Assembly: GCF_963921235.1 (NCBI RefSeq)
Contig: NC_086097.1
Span: 239,880,001-239,944,000 of the forward strand
Length of the DNA: 64,000 bases
Direction of reading: 5' to 3'
Source of the DNA: Mobula hypostoma
Taxonomy: Eukaryota
Shown: positions 51,223 to 62,731 of the stretch, piece by piece
How positions within the stretch are numbered: position 1 is the stretch's first letter
Layout of the letters: every line of letters starts with the position of its first letter
Translations under genes and position numbers: made by a program
Notes under the pieces: model-generated
The model's database searches: none
The model's input: the letters and a program-made list of their open reading frames with translations, nothing else
What the model was told of the DNA's origin: nothing

Positions 51223-51915
51223 TTGCATTTACATACTGGGCCCAGGTCCTCTGAAGTAGGAACAACAAGGAATTTAAAGTTGCTAACTTTCTCCACCTCT
51301 GATCCTCCACTGAGGACTGGCTCATGGACCTCCAGTTTCCTTCTCCAGAAGTCAATAATCAGCTCCATGTTCTCACTGACATTCAGTGAGAGGTTGTCGT
51401 TGTGGCACCACTCACCCAGATTTCCATTCTTCCTCCTATGTGCTGAATCGTCACCACCTTTGATTTGGCATATGACAGTGCTGTTGTCAGCAAACCTGAA
51501 CATGGAATTGAAGCTGTGCTCAGCCTCACAGTCATAAATGTAAATCGGGGACTAAGCACATAAACTTGTGGTGCACCTGTGCTGATGGAGATTGTGGAGG
51601 AGATGCTGCTGCCAATTTGCTGGGGTCTGCAAGTGTGGAAATTGAAGATCCAATCGCACAAGGAGATATTGGGTCGAAGGCTTTGAAGCTTTTTGATAGG
51701 TTTTGAGGGGATGATGGTATTGAATGCTGAGCTGTAGTCAATAAAAAGCATCCTGATGGAAGCACCTTTGCGGTCCAGGTGTTTCATGCTTGAGTGAAGA
51801 GCCAATGAAATGGCATCTTGTTGTGCCGGTAGGCAAATTGCAGGGGATCCAAGTTGCTCCTCAAGCAGGAGTTGATGTGTTTCATCACTGACGCTCAAAC
51901 ATGTCATTACAGTGA
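51223..51915 (-). mobile_element. Rex1/Babar RT fragment
   Basis: [22 protein letters not shown] and FRFADNS. Confidence 0.8.
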
Positions 51916-52589
51916 ATGTGAAAAGGATGTTTCTTCTGATAGGAGAGTCTAAGACCAGAGGATGCAGCCTCAGAATGGAGGGACATCCTTTTAGAATGGA
52001 GTTGAGGAGGAATTTCTTTCACAGGAGAATGGGGAATCTATGGAATTCTTTCCAACAGGCAGCTCTGGAGGCTGTCTTTATGTATATTTAAGGCAGAGAT
52101 TGATCAGAGGACCAAATGGCCTAATTCTGTTCCTATGTCTTATGGTCTTATGGCTGTGGGAACACCGGAAGAGAATGAGTGCAGTTATCCCCTTTTGTTC
52201 AAGAGCCTGATGGTTGAAGGGTAGTAACTGTTCTTGAACCTGCTGATGCGAGTCCTGAGACACTTGTACCTTTGAACTGATGTCAGCAGCAAGATTTTGT
52301 GTTCACAAAATCAGCCATAATAAAATCACAGCGCCTAGTAACTGGCACTTTAAAATCATGGAAGATTTCAATTTCTTATGAAAAAAGGATAGTATCATCT
52401 AATGGATTTATTATAATCGCTTTTTAGTTTTGAAATGTGTTATTTTAAGGAGCACAATGCTATTGAGTATAATTGACACATATCACTGGAAGTATTCGGG
52501 TTAATTTTTCTTAAAATTAAGCCATTATTTTTTGTCTCCAGACATAGAATGCAATCACTTCAATAGTAGTGTGATCACGTCAGTAGTAG

Positions 52590-54030
52590 AGTGGAGTGTG
52601 GTGTTCTCCTAAGGGGTTATCTATTCATGGGTCCTCAGATGGCTGTGGAGGATCGACATAGCTAGGGTACATTCCTTTGCAGGAGAACGCCTGTGCATGG
52701 CATTAATGTGTAGAGGCTGATGCATGCACAGACTCCAAATTGTCCTTGAGAGATCAGGGTCAGGATCCAGTGACATAGAATACAAGACAACCGGAAACCC
52801 TTCACTAATACAGTCTTCCTCCACCTTCACTGCCGTCGTGATATGTCATCATCTTCTGCCAACTCCCCTACTGAGGTTTTGCTTGAATGCTTTTTGTCTG
52901 GAACCTCCCCCTTGACCCTATCAAGAGCGGTGACTAGTGGGGTACCGCAAGGCTCAGTGCTGGGACCCCAGTTGTTTACAATATATATTAATGACTTGGA
53001 TGAGGGAATTAAATGCGGCATCTCCAAGTTTGCGGATGACACGAAGCTGGGTGGCAGTGTTAGCAGTGAGGAGGATGCTAAGAGGATGCAGGGTGACTTG
53101 GATAGGTTGGGTGAGTGGGCAAACTCATGGCAGATGCAATTTAATGTGGATAAATGTGAAGTTATCCACTTTGGTGGCAAAAATAGGAAAACAGATTATT
53201 ATCTGAATGGTGGCCGATTAGGAAAAGGGGAGGTGCAACGAGACCTGGGTGTCATTATATACCAGTCATTGAAAGTGGGCATGCAGGTACAGCAGGCGGT
53301 GAAAAAGGCGAACGGTATGCTGGCATTTATAGCGAGAGGATTCGAGTACAGGAGCAGAGAGGTACTACTGCAGTTGTACAAGGCCTTGGTGAGACCACAC
53401 CTGGAGTATTGTGTGCAGTTTTGGTCCCCTAATCTGAGGAAAGACATCTTTGCCATAGAGGGAGTACAAAGAAGGTTCACCAGATTGATTCCTGGGATGG
53501 CAGGTCTTTCATATGAAGAAAGACTGGATGAACTGGGCTTGTACTCGTTGGAATTTAGAAGATTGAGGGGGGATCTGATTGAAACGTATAAGATCCTAAA
53601 GGGATTGGACAGGCTAGATGCAGGAAGATTGTTCCCGATGTTGGGGAGGTCTAGAACGAGGGGTCACAGTTTGAGGATAGAGGGGAAGCCTTTTAGGACC
53701 GAGGTTAGGAAAAACTTCTTCACACAGAGAGTGGTGAATCTGTGGAATTCTCTGCCACAGCAAACTGTTGAGGCCAGTTCATTAGCTATGTTTAAAAGGA
53801 AGTTAGATATGGCCCTTGTGGCTACAGGGGTCAGGGGGTATGGAGGGAAGGCTGGGTTCTGAGTTGGATGATCAGCCATGATCATAATAAATGGCGGTGC
53901 AGGCTCGAAGGGCCGAATGGCCTACTCCTGCACCTATTTTCTATGTTTCTATGTTTCTATCAGATGGGTAAACTCTAGACACCATCGCTCTTGGGATCTC
54001 AGAAGCCTCTCCACCACAGCAAGGATCACT
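52590..54030 (-). mobile_element. Bipartite non-autonomous RTE derivative (5' UTR plus 3' end), split by CR1
   Basis: The minus strand starts CCTTGCTGTGGTGGAGAGGCTT (BovB-like 5' motif) and ends with LHSHLRTHE*. Confidence 0.55.
52924..53956 (+). mobile_element. Young 5'-truncated CR1 LINE with an uninterrupted RT/C-terminal frame
   Basis: ORF 52843-53862 is open from VTSGVPQGSVLGP through KFADDTK to the stop. (TTTCTATG)n tail. TSD CTATCA at 52918-52923 and 53957-53962. Confidence 0.9.
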
Positions 54031-54931
54031 TAGCTACCAAACATGTCATAAAAAGTGCATGACCTTTATCGATCACCGCTGCCAACTCCCTAATGAGTTT
54101 CCACATATTTGTGAGCTTGAGTGTAGCTCTTATTCACTCACCTTTATTTCAAGTGTCACCTTCATTGCCACGGGATATTCTTTATCCTGAGTTGTTCTTG
54201 CAATATTCATTGCGTAGGTTTCTCTTCTTCACTTCAACGGTGGCTAAGAGCTAAGTGTCTCCTCCACCCAACCTGAAGTTACGGCTGAATATGTCAGTGG
54301 ATATGGACCCACACCACCAGGTTCAAGAACAGTTATTACCCCTCAACCACCAGGCTCTTGAACCAGAAGAGATAACTTCACCTGCCCCATCACTGAAATG
54401 TTCCCATAACCTATGGACTCACTTTCAAGGACTCTTCATCTCATGTTCTCAATACTTACTGTCTGCTTGTTGGTTTATTTATTTATTATCTGTCTGTTTA
54501 TTTATATATTTATTATTTCCTTTTTTTGTATTTGCTCAGTTTGTTGATATTTGTATACTAGTTGTTTGTCCATCCTGTTGGGTGCAGTCTCTCATTGATT
54601 CTTGTATTTACTGCAATTGCCAGCAAGAAAGTGAATCTCAGGGTTGTACATATATGGTGACATACTGTATATATACTTCGATAATAAGTTTACTTTGAAA
54701 TTTCATCATTAGATTTTGAAATCATGTTGCTACAGAGATCAGGACACCACTCATGCCTCAGAGCAGAAGAGAAGGAATTCTACCACTTTTGGAATGAGTC
54801 GCTAGGCAATGGTCTGACTGCCCACTTAAATGAGTGGAGGAGGTGCATTGAATTTATTTCAAGGGAAGATAGGAGTTATTTCTGATGTCCTGTTCAACAC
54901 TTTCCAATACTGAACTCCCAAGAAACAAGTA

Positions 54932-56488
54932 CCATAAATTCCAGTGTATAAGCCGAGAATTTGGCCCTAAATTTTGGTCCTAAAATTAGGGGGTCGGCTT
55001 ATACAGAGGGTGCTGACTTTGGAAAAATGAATATACGGAAGACAGGTCATATTTATTGGCTGTTTTTGAGTCAAATACAAAAGAAAATACAAATGCTTAT
55101 GAAATCTACACAAAAGATCTACAAAACACATTCTGTTTCTCAATTTACTTGTACACACTGTTGTTGTCAAACGTTCAGAGCTTGAAACTCTCATACTCTT
55201 CATTATCTGACTCTCCAAAAATCGTGTCCCATTCTTCGGCAGTCACCATATCATCGTAAGGATTGTCAATTTCTGCTTCGACATCATCATTTGCAGCTTT
55301 ACCAGCTACCAAATCTCCATCGTCTTCTTCCCAAAGTGTAAACAACAGCACCCCGCAGGAATTTTTCTTCCTTTGGGAATGTTTTCCTCTTAAAAGTCAC
55401 CATTGGTGCTAGTTTGGTCCCATCAACCATACACGTTAACACGACAGTAAAATGTTGCTTCTTGTGTCCAGTTGTTTTGACAAGGACTGTTTTCTCCCCC
55501 TTCTGATTGACAGTACAGTTGCCAGCAAAATCACAGAACATTGATGTCTCGTCCATGTTACCAATCAGTGAAGGCAGGTAAGAATGTGCCTTTTGATGCT
55601 TGATTACAAACAATTGGAAGGTCGTAATCTTATTCTCAAGGTCGCTCGGCAACCTCTAAGCAATCTTTGTTTTTTGTCTCAACACAAGATCACGTCTATT
55701 CATAAAGCGGGTGCACCAACTTAGCGTAGCTTTGAAATTTTCGCTGACCTCACGGTGTTTTCCGGCCCATTTCAACGCTTGAACTCGAATCATTTCTCTG
55801 GTAACAATGTATCCAGACGATCGCTGGTGATTCACCCACTCTAAAACTTTTTCTTCCAGTTCTGGCCACTGGCGTGTTTTCCCACGGTTTGCACATTTCA
55901 TTTTTGGCATTTTCCCTCAGCGTGTCCTCTGCCTTTCTCCACTCTCTCATTTGTTTCTTGTTTACACTAAACTTCTTAGCAGCTACGGAATTATTTGTTC
56001 CTTTAGCAAAATCAACATCCTTCAGCTTGAAGTCAGCATCATATCGCATTCGTTTTAATCTTTTGTACATGGTGGTCACAAACCCAATACTGAGTACACG
56101 TACTGATCCCGCCACCCCATGTCATGTTTTAACAACATTACCATGGGCGCTAAATGGTTTCACGGGGGTTACATTTCAGAGGATTCTTTACCATTGGGAA
56201 CATAATCCAAAACTTCCCTCCCTGATTTATTTATTAAGAATTCGCTTATAATGCTCTACAATGTGTAGGCTTATTTTCTTAGCAAGTACTGGTTCACAAA
56301 ATTTCCAGGTTCCAGATCCGGCAAAGCTGAGTACCGACATGTGAGATTTTGTGATCTTTTCTTGTTAAATCAAAAACCTCTACATAAGGGGTCGGCTTAT
56401 ACAAAGGTAACATGAAAAGTCACTTTTTTTACCTTCAAAATGGGGGTTGGTTTATATTCTGGGTCGACTTATACACAGGAATTTATGG
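54932..56488 (-). mobile_element. pogo-superfamily (Passer/POGK-like) DNA transposon, frameshifted and internally deleted
   Basis: TIR CCATAAATTCC(A/T)GTGTATAAG(C/T)CGA, with TA on the left and TG on the right. Brinker-like DBD (RYDADFKL..AAKKF...MREWRK), CENP-B HTH (WPELEE..LEWV) and DDE start (IGNMDET). Confidence 0.85.
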
Positions 56489-56637
56489 TGATTTGGATCA
56501 CTATGAAAGTGTTACATATAAATTGGTGCTTTATTTCTGATATTACTTAGTCATTACAGTTTAAATTAATTGGTTTAAAAATATTTTGAGACAAAATAAT
56601 GTATTTTGGCTTTGGAAATATAGGCATTTCTTGCCAA

Positions 56638-59520
56638 GTCAGAATCAGAATCAGAATCAGGTTTATTATCACTGTCATGTGACGTGAAATTTGTTAACTT
56701 AGCAGCAGCAGTTCAATGCAATACATAATCTAGCAGAGAGAGAGAGCGAGAAAAAATAATAATAATAAATAAAACATAAATAAATATATCAATTGCATAT
56801 ATTGAATAGATTTCTTAAAAATGTGCAAAAACAGAAATACTGTATATTAAAAAAAGTGAGATAGTGTCCAAAGCTTCAATGTCCATTTAGGAATCAGTTG
56901 GCAGAGGGGAAGAAGCTGTTCCTGAATGGCTGAGTGTGTGCCTTCAGGCTTCTGTATCTCCTACCTGATGGTAACAGTGAGAAAAGGGTATGCCCTAGAG
57001 TGCTGGAGGTCCTTAATAATGGACACTGCCTTACTGAGACACCTCTCCCTAAAGATGTCCTGGGTACTTTGTAGGCTGGTGCCCAAGAAGAAGCTGACTA
57101 GATTTACAACCTTCTGCAGCTTCTTTCAGTCCTGTGCAGTAGCCCCTCCATACCAGACAGTGATGCAGCCTGTCAGAATGCTCTCCACCGTACAACTACA
57201 GATGTTTTTGAGTGTATTTATTGACATGCCTAATCTCTTCAAACTCCTAATAAAGTATATCCACTGTCTTGCCTTCTTTATAACTGCATCAATATGTTGG
57301 GACCAGGTTAGATCCTCAGAGATCTTGACGCCCAGGAAATTGAAGCTGCTCTCTCTCTCCATTTCTGATCATTCTATGAGGATTGGTATGTGTTCCTTCG
57401 TCTTACCCTTCCTGAAGTCCACAGTCATCTCTTTCATCTTACTGACATTGAGTGCCAGGTTGTTCCTGCGGCACAATTCCACTAGTTGGCATATCTTACT
57501 CCTGTATGCCCTCTCATCACCACCTGAGATTCTATCAACAATGGTTGTATCATCAGCAAATTTGTAGATGGTATTTGAACTATGCCTAGCCACACAGGCA
57601 TGGGTATAGAGAGAGTAGAGCAGTGGGCTGAGCACACATCCCTGAGGTGCACCAGTGTTGATCATCAGCGAGGAGGATGTGTTATCACCAATCCGCACAG
57701 ACTGTGGTCTTCCGGTTAGGAAGTCGAGGATCCAATTGCAGAGGGAGGTACAGAGGCCCAGGTTCTGCAACTTCTCAATCAGGATTGTGAGAATGATGGT
57801 AATAAATACTGAGCTATAGTCGATGAACAGCATTCTGGCGTAGGTGTTTGTGTTGTCTAGGTGGTCTAAAGCCATGTGAAGAGCCATTGAGATTGTGTCT
57901 GCTATTGATCTATTGTGGTGATAGGCAAATTGCAATGGGTCCAGGTCCTTTCTGAGGCAGGAGTTCAGTCTAGTCATGACCAACTACTCAAAGCATTTCA
58001 TCACTGTCGATGTGAGTTCTACCGGGTGATAGTCATTAAGGCAGCTGACATTATTCTTCTTTGTCAGTCAGTCAGTCAGTGGGTGCCATCCCAAATCCGG
58101 GGTTAGCGGCTATGCAACTCCATCTTCGATCTTGCGACAGCACCGAGTGCAGCCTTTCCTCCAGTTTGTTCTCGCTGGCCGCCTTGGCACCGTCCACCGC
58201 CGCCCCGCCGAACTCGATCCCGATGCCATGTCGGCCTCCAGCCGCGGCCACTTCTTCGAGCTCGGCCCTTCCTTAGGTGGAGGCCTTGGGCAGGTCCAGG
58301 CACACGGTGCAGCGCCCAAGTTCATCATGTCTCTTCTAACTAAGTGCATAGCATACGATTCGTAGATACGTGGTGAGGCTTTAATCTCTTCCACAGAAGA
58401 TGGCCATTGGCTCACAAGGACCTCATCTGCCCTTTGTCAGGTTTTGTTAACTCAGTCCTGCTGTGTGTGCTCACACCCTCCTGACCAGACTAAGTCCGGT
58501 GGGGGAGCCAGCCCAAGTTGCCGACCACTCGACCACTGCATTCTTCTTTGGCACTGGTGTAATTGTTGCCTTTTTGAAGCAAGTGGGAACGTCTGTCTGT
58601 AACAGTGAGAGGTTGAAAATGTCCTTGAATACTCTCGCTAGTTGGTTGGCACAGACTTTCAGAGCCTTACCAGGTAATCCATTGGGACGTTCCACCTTGC
58701 GAGTGTACACTCTTTTTAAAGGCAGTCTAACATCGGCCTCTGAGACAGAGATCACAGAGTCATCAGGTGCAGCAAGGATCTTCACAGCCATTGTTGCTTC
58801 CTCCCTTTCAAAGCATACATAGAAGGCATTGAGTTCATCTGGTAGTGAAGCATCGCTACCATTCATGCTATTGGGTTTAGCTTTGTAGGAAGTAGTGTCT
58901 TGCAGACCCTGCCAGAGTTGCCGTGCATCTGATATCGCCTCCAACCTCGTTCGAAATTATCTCTTCGCCCTTGAAATAGCCCTCCACAAATCACACCTGG
59001 TTTTCTGGTTCAAGCTTGGGTTGCCAGACTTGAATGCCACGGATCTGGCCTTCAGCAGACAACATACCTTCCTGGTTCATCCACGGCTTTTAGTTCGGGA
59101 ATGTACAGTAAGTCTTTGTAGGCACACACTCATCCACACAGGTTTTAATGAAGCATACTCATTCAGATTCAAAGATGAAGCCCTGAATACACTCCAGTGC
59201 ACCGATTCAAAGCAGTCCTGTAGGCACTCCTGTGCTTCCCTTGTCCATACCTTCTTGGTCCTCACTGCTGGTGCTGCAGTCTTCAGTCTCTGCCGATACT
59301 CAGGGAGTAGAAGTACAGCCAGGTGATCAGACTTCCTGAAGTGAGGGTGTAGAATAACACAGTAGGCATTCTTGATTGTGGTGTAACAATGGTCCAGTGT
59401 GTTGTTTCTTCTGATATTGCAAGTTATCTGTTGATGGTAATTGTTTAGTGATTTTTTCAGACTGGCCTTCTTAAAATCTCCCAAAACGATGGTGAAGGTG
59501 TTAGGGTGCGCTGTTCCGTG
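56638..59520 (-). mobile_element. Rex1/Babar LINE: EN C-terminus, RT and 3' UTR
   Basis: [33 protein letters not shown] and KFADDTT; (GATTCT)n tail. Confidence 0.9.
58064..58539 (-). mobile_element. 476-bp non-autonomous RTE derivative, 11-bp TSD
   Basis: The 5' part matches 32380-32620; the 3' end matches 26413-26490 including (CTGA)n. TSD ATTCTTCTTTG at 58053-58063 and 58540-58550. Confidence 0.85.
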
Positions 59521-60019
59521 CATGTTGTGTCAAAGTCTAAGTCATCATTTCCCAGACAATGATATAAACATCAATTGTTTCTCTCCATGGATGACGCCTG
59601 ACTTGCTGAATTCTTGGATGCCGGGTGCTACTTCCTTGCAAAGTGCTCCTTGTCGATGTGCTCAACGATGGGGATGGCTTTGCCAGTGATGGACCGGGCG
59701 CTATCCACTGATTTTTAAGTGAAGGTGGGATGCGAACTGAAGGGAATCTCTGTTCTCAACATTTCAATGACACACCTTCCTGATTATCTGCTATCTTTTC
59801 TCTTTATTAATCATTACATGAGACATTGCCTCACTGTGCATCTTGCTAAAACAATTGTGCTCCTGCTTAAAGTAAATCATGCTCTAATACAAGAGAGATT
59901 AAATTGAAACGCGTATTATATTGACGTCCGTCCTGTTGCAAGTATATTACTCCATTGTATGTGTGAGAGCGAAGGCAGAGAATCTATGAGTACTTTCAAT
60001 TCACATAAAGACTAGCTTT

Positions 60020-60285
60020 ATTTGTCACATGAACATCAAAGTGTACAGTGCAATGCGGTATTTTGTGTCAAATACAATCAGCCAGGACTGTACTGAGCAC
60101 CCTGTAAATGTCGACATGCTTCTGGTGCTAACAAAGCATCCCTGCAAATGACTAACCATGCATCTTTGGAATGTGGGAGGAAAGCAGAGCTGCCGGAGGA
60201 AACCCACATGGTCATGGGGAGATGATACAAACTCTATACAGGCACCTATAGTATTGAGCCCCAGTCCGGTGCTCGCTGGCACTAC
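60020..60285 (-). mobile_element. V-SINE-like SINE (degenerate)
   Basis: GGAAACCCACATGGTCATGGGGAGA..TACAAACTC, as in 2285-2535. Confidence 0.6.
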
Positions 60286-60531
60286 AAGTTCAAAAGTTCA
60301 GAGTTCAAGGTACATATATGTCACCATATGATACCTAAAGATTATTTTTCTTGCAGGCATCCACAGTACAACAAAGAAATACAATAGAGTCAATGAAAAA
60401 CTACGCACAAACAAGGACTACCAAACACTGCATTACTGCTCTGCTACGGTACCACACAATGTTAGTCACCTGTAACATGAAAAATGTAGACACTCCACTG
60501 TACATTCAGTTTGTGGGGGCTTGGGCACATT

Positions 60532-61382
60532 TGTGACAAGAATACACATGGATTACGATGTAGCTGTCCTGTGCTGGCACCAGTGGGATCAGCAGTTGGT
60601 CTGCCACCTGTCTTCAGGAGAGAGAGAGATAAGGAAAACAATGGAGCAGCATTTGGAGATGTTAATGAAGGGAAGGAGAGCTGTCAAGATCAGCTCCCCC
60701 TTTGAACCCTGAACTGTTTGAAGTGATGGACAGGCAATATCCCAGCAGGGGGATAAAAAAGGACAGATTCGCTAAGGCAGGACACACACGACACCCAAGG
60801 TAACAAGACCCTGGAAGCGGTGCGTCTCTCGCAAGTTGGTGGGAAGTACCGGGCCATAGACGCACAGGGTGGAAAGGCACGATCGGCGGGAACCTGGTGT
60901 GTGTCCACCCTTGCCTGGGTGCCAGGTTCTCCGCAGAGAAACGATAGTATCTGGAAATGGAGGGGTCACGGTCGGTGACCTCAGATGACATCACAAAGAA
61001 CTCACCCGAAAGCTGACTGCGAAGGTCTGTATGGAAGCCTTGAATATTCATTCATTTTGCTCTCTCCCTCTCCTTCCCCCCACTGTCCATCGCCACGGCA
61101 GCGATTACTGCGAACTGAACTGAACTAAATTGAACTGAACTTTGCATCACTTTGAAACTGGTCATTTACCCCTAGACAACGATAGAGCTTGATTGATCCT
61201 GTTATCTTAATTCTGTGTACATGTGTGTTTATCATTGCTGAACTGTTGCATTTATTATCCTTTTGATTAGAGTACTGTGTTGCTTGTTTCTTTAATAAAA
61301 CTTTCTTAGTTCTAGTAATCCAGACTCCAACTGAGTGATCCATTTCTGCTGGTTTGGCAACCCAGTTACGGGGTACGTAACA
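60532..61382 (+). mobile_element. 5' LTR of a Gmr1-like Gypsy retrotransposon
   Basis: TGTGAC...GTAACA termini and AATAAA at about 61294; followed by a PBS and gag. Confidence 0.8.
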
Positions 61383-61386
61383 TAAG

Positions 61387-61405
61387 TGGGGTTCTCGTCC
61401 GCGAT
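61387..61405 (+). promoter_or_regulatory. Primer-binding site (tRNA-Pro-like, degenerate)
   Basis: TGGGGTTCTCGTCCGCGAT vs the canonical tRNA-Pro PBS TGGGGGCTCGTCCGGGAT, 4 nt after the LTR. Confidence 0.7.
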
Positions 61406-61481
61406 TTTGAACGCTAAATTTGGGACGGAGTAAATTGATTGGGTCAAAATTCCCGAAAGAAAGAAAAGACAAACAGCAGAA

Positions 61482-62731
61482 ATGGAGGCTGAGGAAATTA
61501 TAAAGGCGCCGACCTTGGAGGCACTAGAGGATGCCAGGAAATCGGAATTGGTAGCTGTGGCCAAACGGTTGAATCTTGCTAAGGGGAAGTCGACAATGAG
61601 GAGAGAGGAGATACACAGAGCTATCGTAGAGCACTATGTAACTAAAGGTGTGTTTCCCCAAGGCGAGCTGGAGGTGATGTCTATTGAAAAACCTGCTGGA
61701 GACACGGTACAGGTGCAGTTTGAAAAACTGAGACTCGAGCACAAGTTCCGGGTGCGGCAGTTAGAACACAAAGAGAAGCAGTTAGAAAGGCGGGAGAAAG
61801 AGAGAGAGTTAGAAAGGCGGGTGAAAGAGAGAGAGTTAGAAAGGCAGGAGAGAGAGAGAGAGAGAGACAGCTGGAGCGAGAGGAGAAACAGAGGGAAAGG
61901 GAATTCGAGCTGGAGAAGTTAAAGATAAGTGCAGAGCAGGGGCCTGTGCCGAACCAAGGTGGAGGGTTCCGGGCGACCCAGGAGGTTAGGCTGGTTCCCC
62001 CATTTGACGATACCGACGTGGATCGGTACTTTCTCCATTTCGAAAAAGTTGCTACAAGTCAGGACTGGCCGAGGGATAAGTGGGCTGTTTTGCTTCAGAG
62101 TGTACTGAAAGGGAAAGCCCAACAAGCTTACTCAGCTTTGTCCGCGGAAGATGCCCAGAGGTATGAGGTGGTGAAAGAGGCCATCCTCAGGATTTATGAG
62201 TTGGTCCCGGAGGCATACCGGCAGAGGTTCCAGAATGCGAGGAAGCAGTGGGACCGCACGTATTTAGAGTTTTCCCGTGAGATGCAGACATATTGTGAGC
62301 GTTGGTGCGCCTCGAAGGGGGTAGAGGGGGATTATGACAGACTGCTACAGCTGATCCTGATTGAGCAGTTTAAAGGTTGTGTCCCTGAGGGTATGAGACC
62401 CTACCTAGATGAGAAAGAGGCAGCCACGTTAGCTGCAACTGGTAAGTTAGCAGATGAGTATGCGTTGACGCATAAAATGAAGTTTGCCCCGAGTAAAGGC
62501 TACCAGAAGGGTAGTCAGGACGGCGGGGAGAGTCCGCCAGAAAAGTCAGAAAGTAAGCTGGGGACTAGTGAGAAGGATAAGGTAGACCGGGAGCAGTCTG
62601 GTAGGAAGTCTTCTGGGGTCGTCTGTTATAATTGCGGGAAAGTCGGACACTTTGCGTCCAGGTGCTTTGCCCCAAAGAAGGAGATGGGAAAAGGAAAAAC
62701 GGCGATTTTGACTGGCTGTATCGGCTGGTAA
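61482..62731 (+). pseudogene. gag: Gypsy (Gmr1-like) gag: coiled coil, SCAN-like capsid, zinc knuckle; frameshifted in a (GA)n tract
   Basis: LVPPF..DVDRYFLHFEKVA, YELVPEAYRQRF, LILIEQFK and CYNCGKVGHFASRC. Confidence 0.85.

Noticed and set aside
52843..53862. 339-aa ORF as a host gene
   Set aside because: It is the 3' part of CR1 ORF2; the N-terminal residues come from flanking repeat sequence.
54142..54290. Possible minus-strand exon with AG|GTGAGT donor
   Set aside because: All tested frames contain stops and there is no other support.
55200..56115. Domesticated POGK gene
   Set aside because: It has TIRs, frameshifts and a truncated DDE domain, and no KRAB exon; it is a transposon relic.
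61946..62731. Host SCAN zinc-finger gene
   Set aside because: It is preceded by an LTR and PBS and followed by a CCHC knuckle and protease, with no C2H2 fingers.
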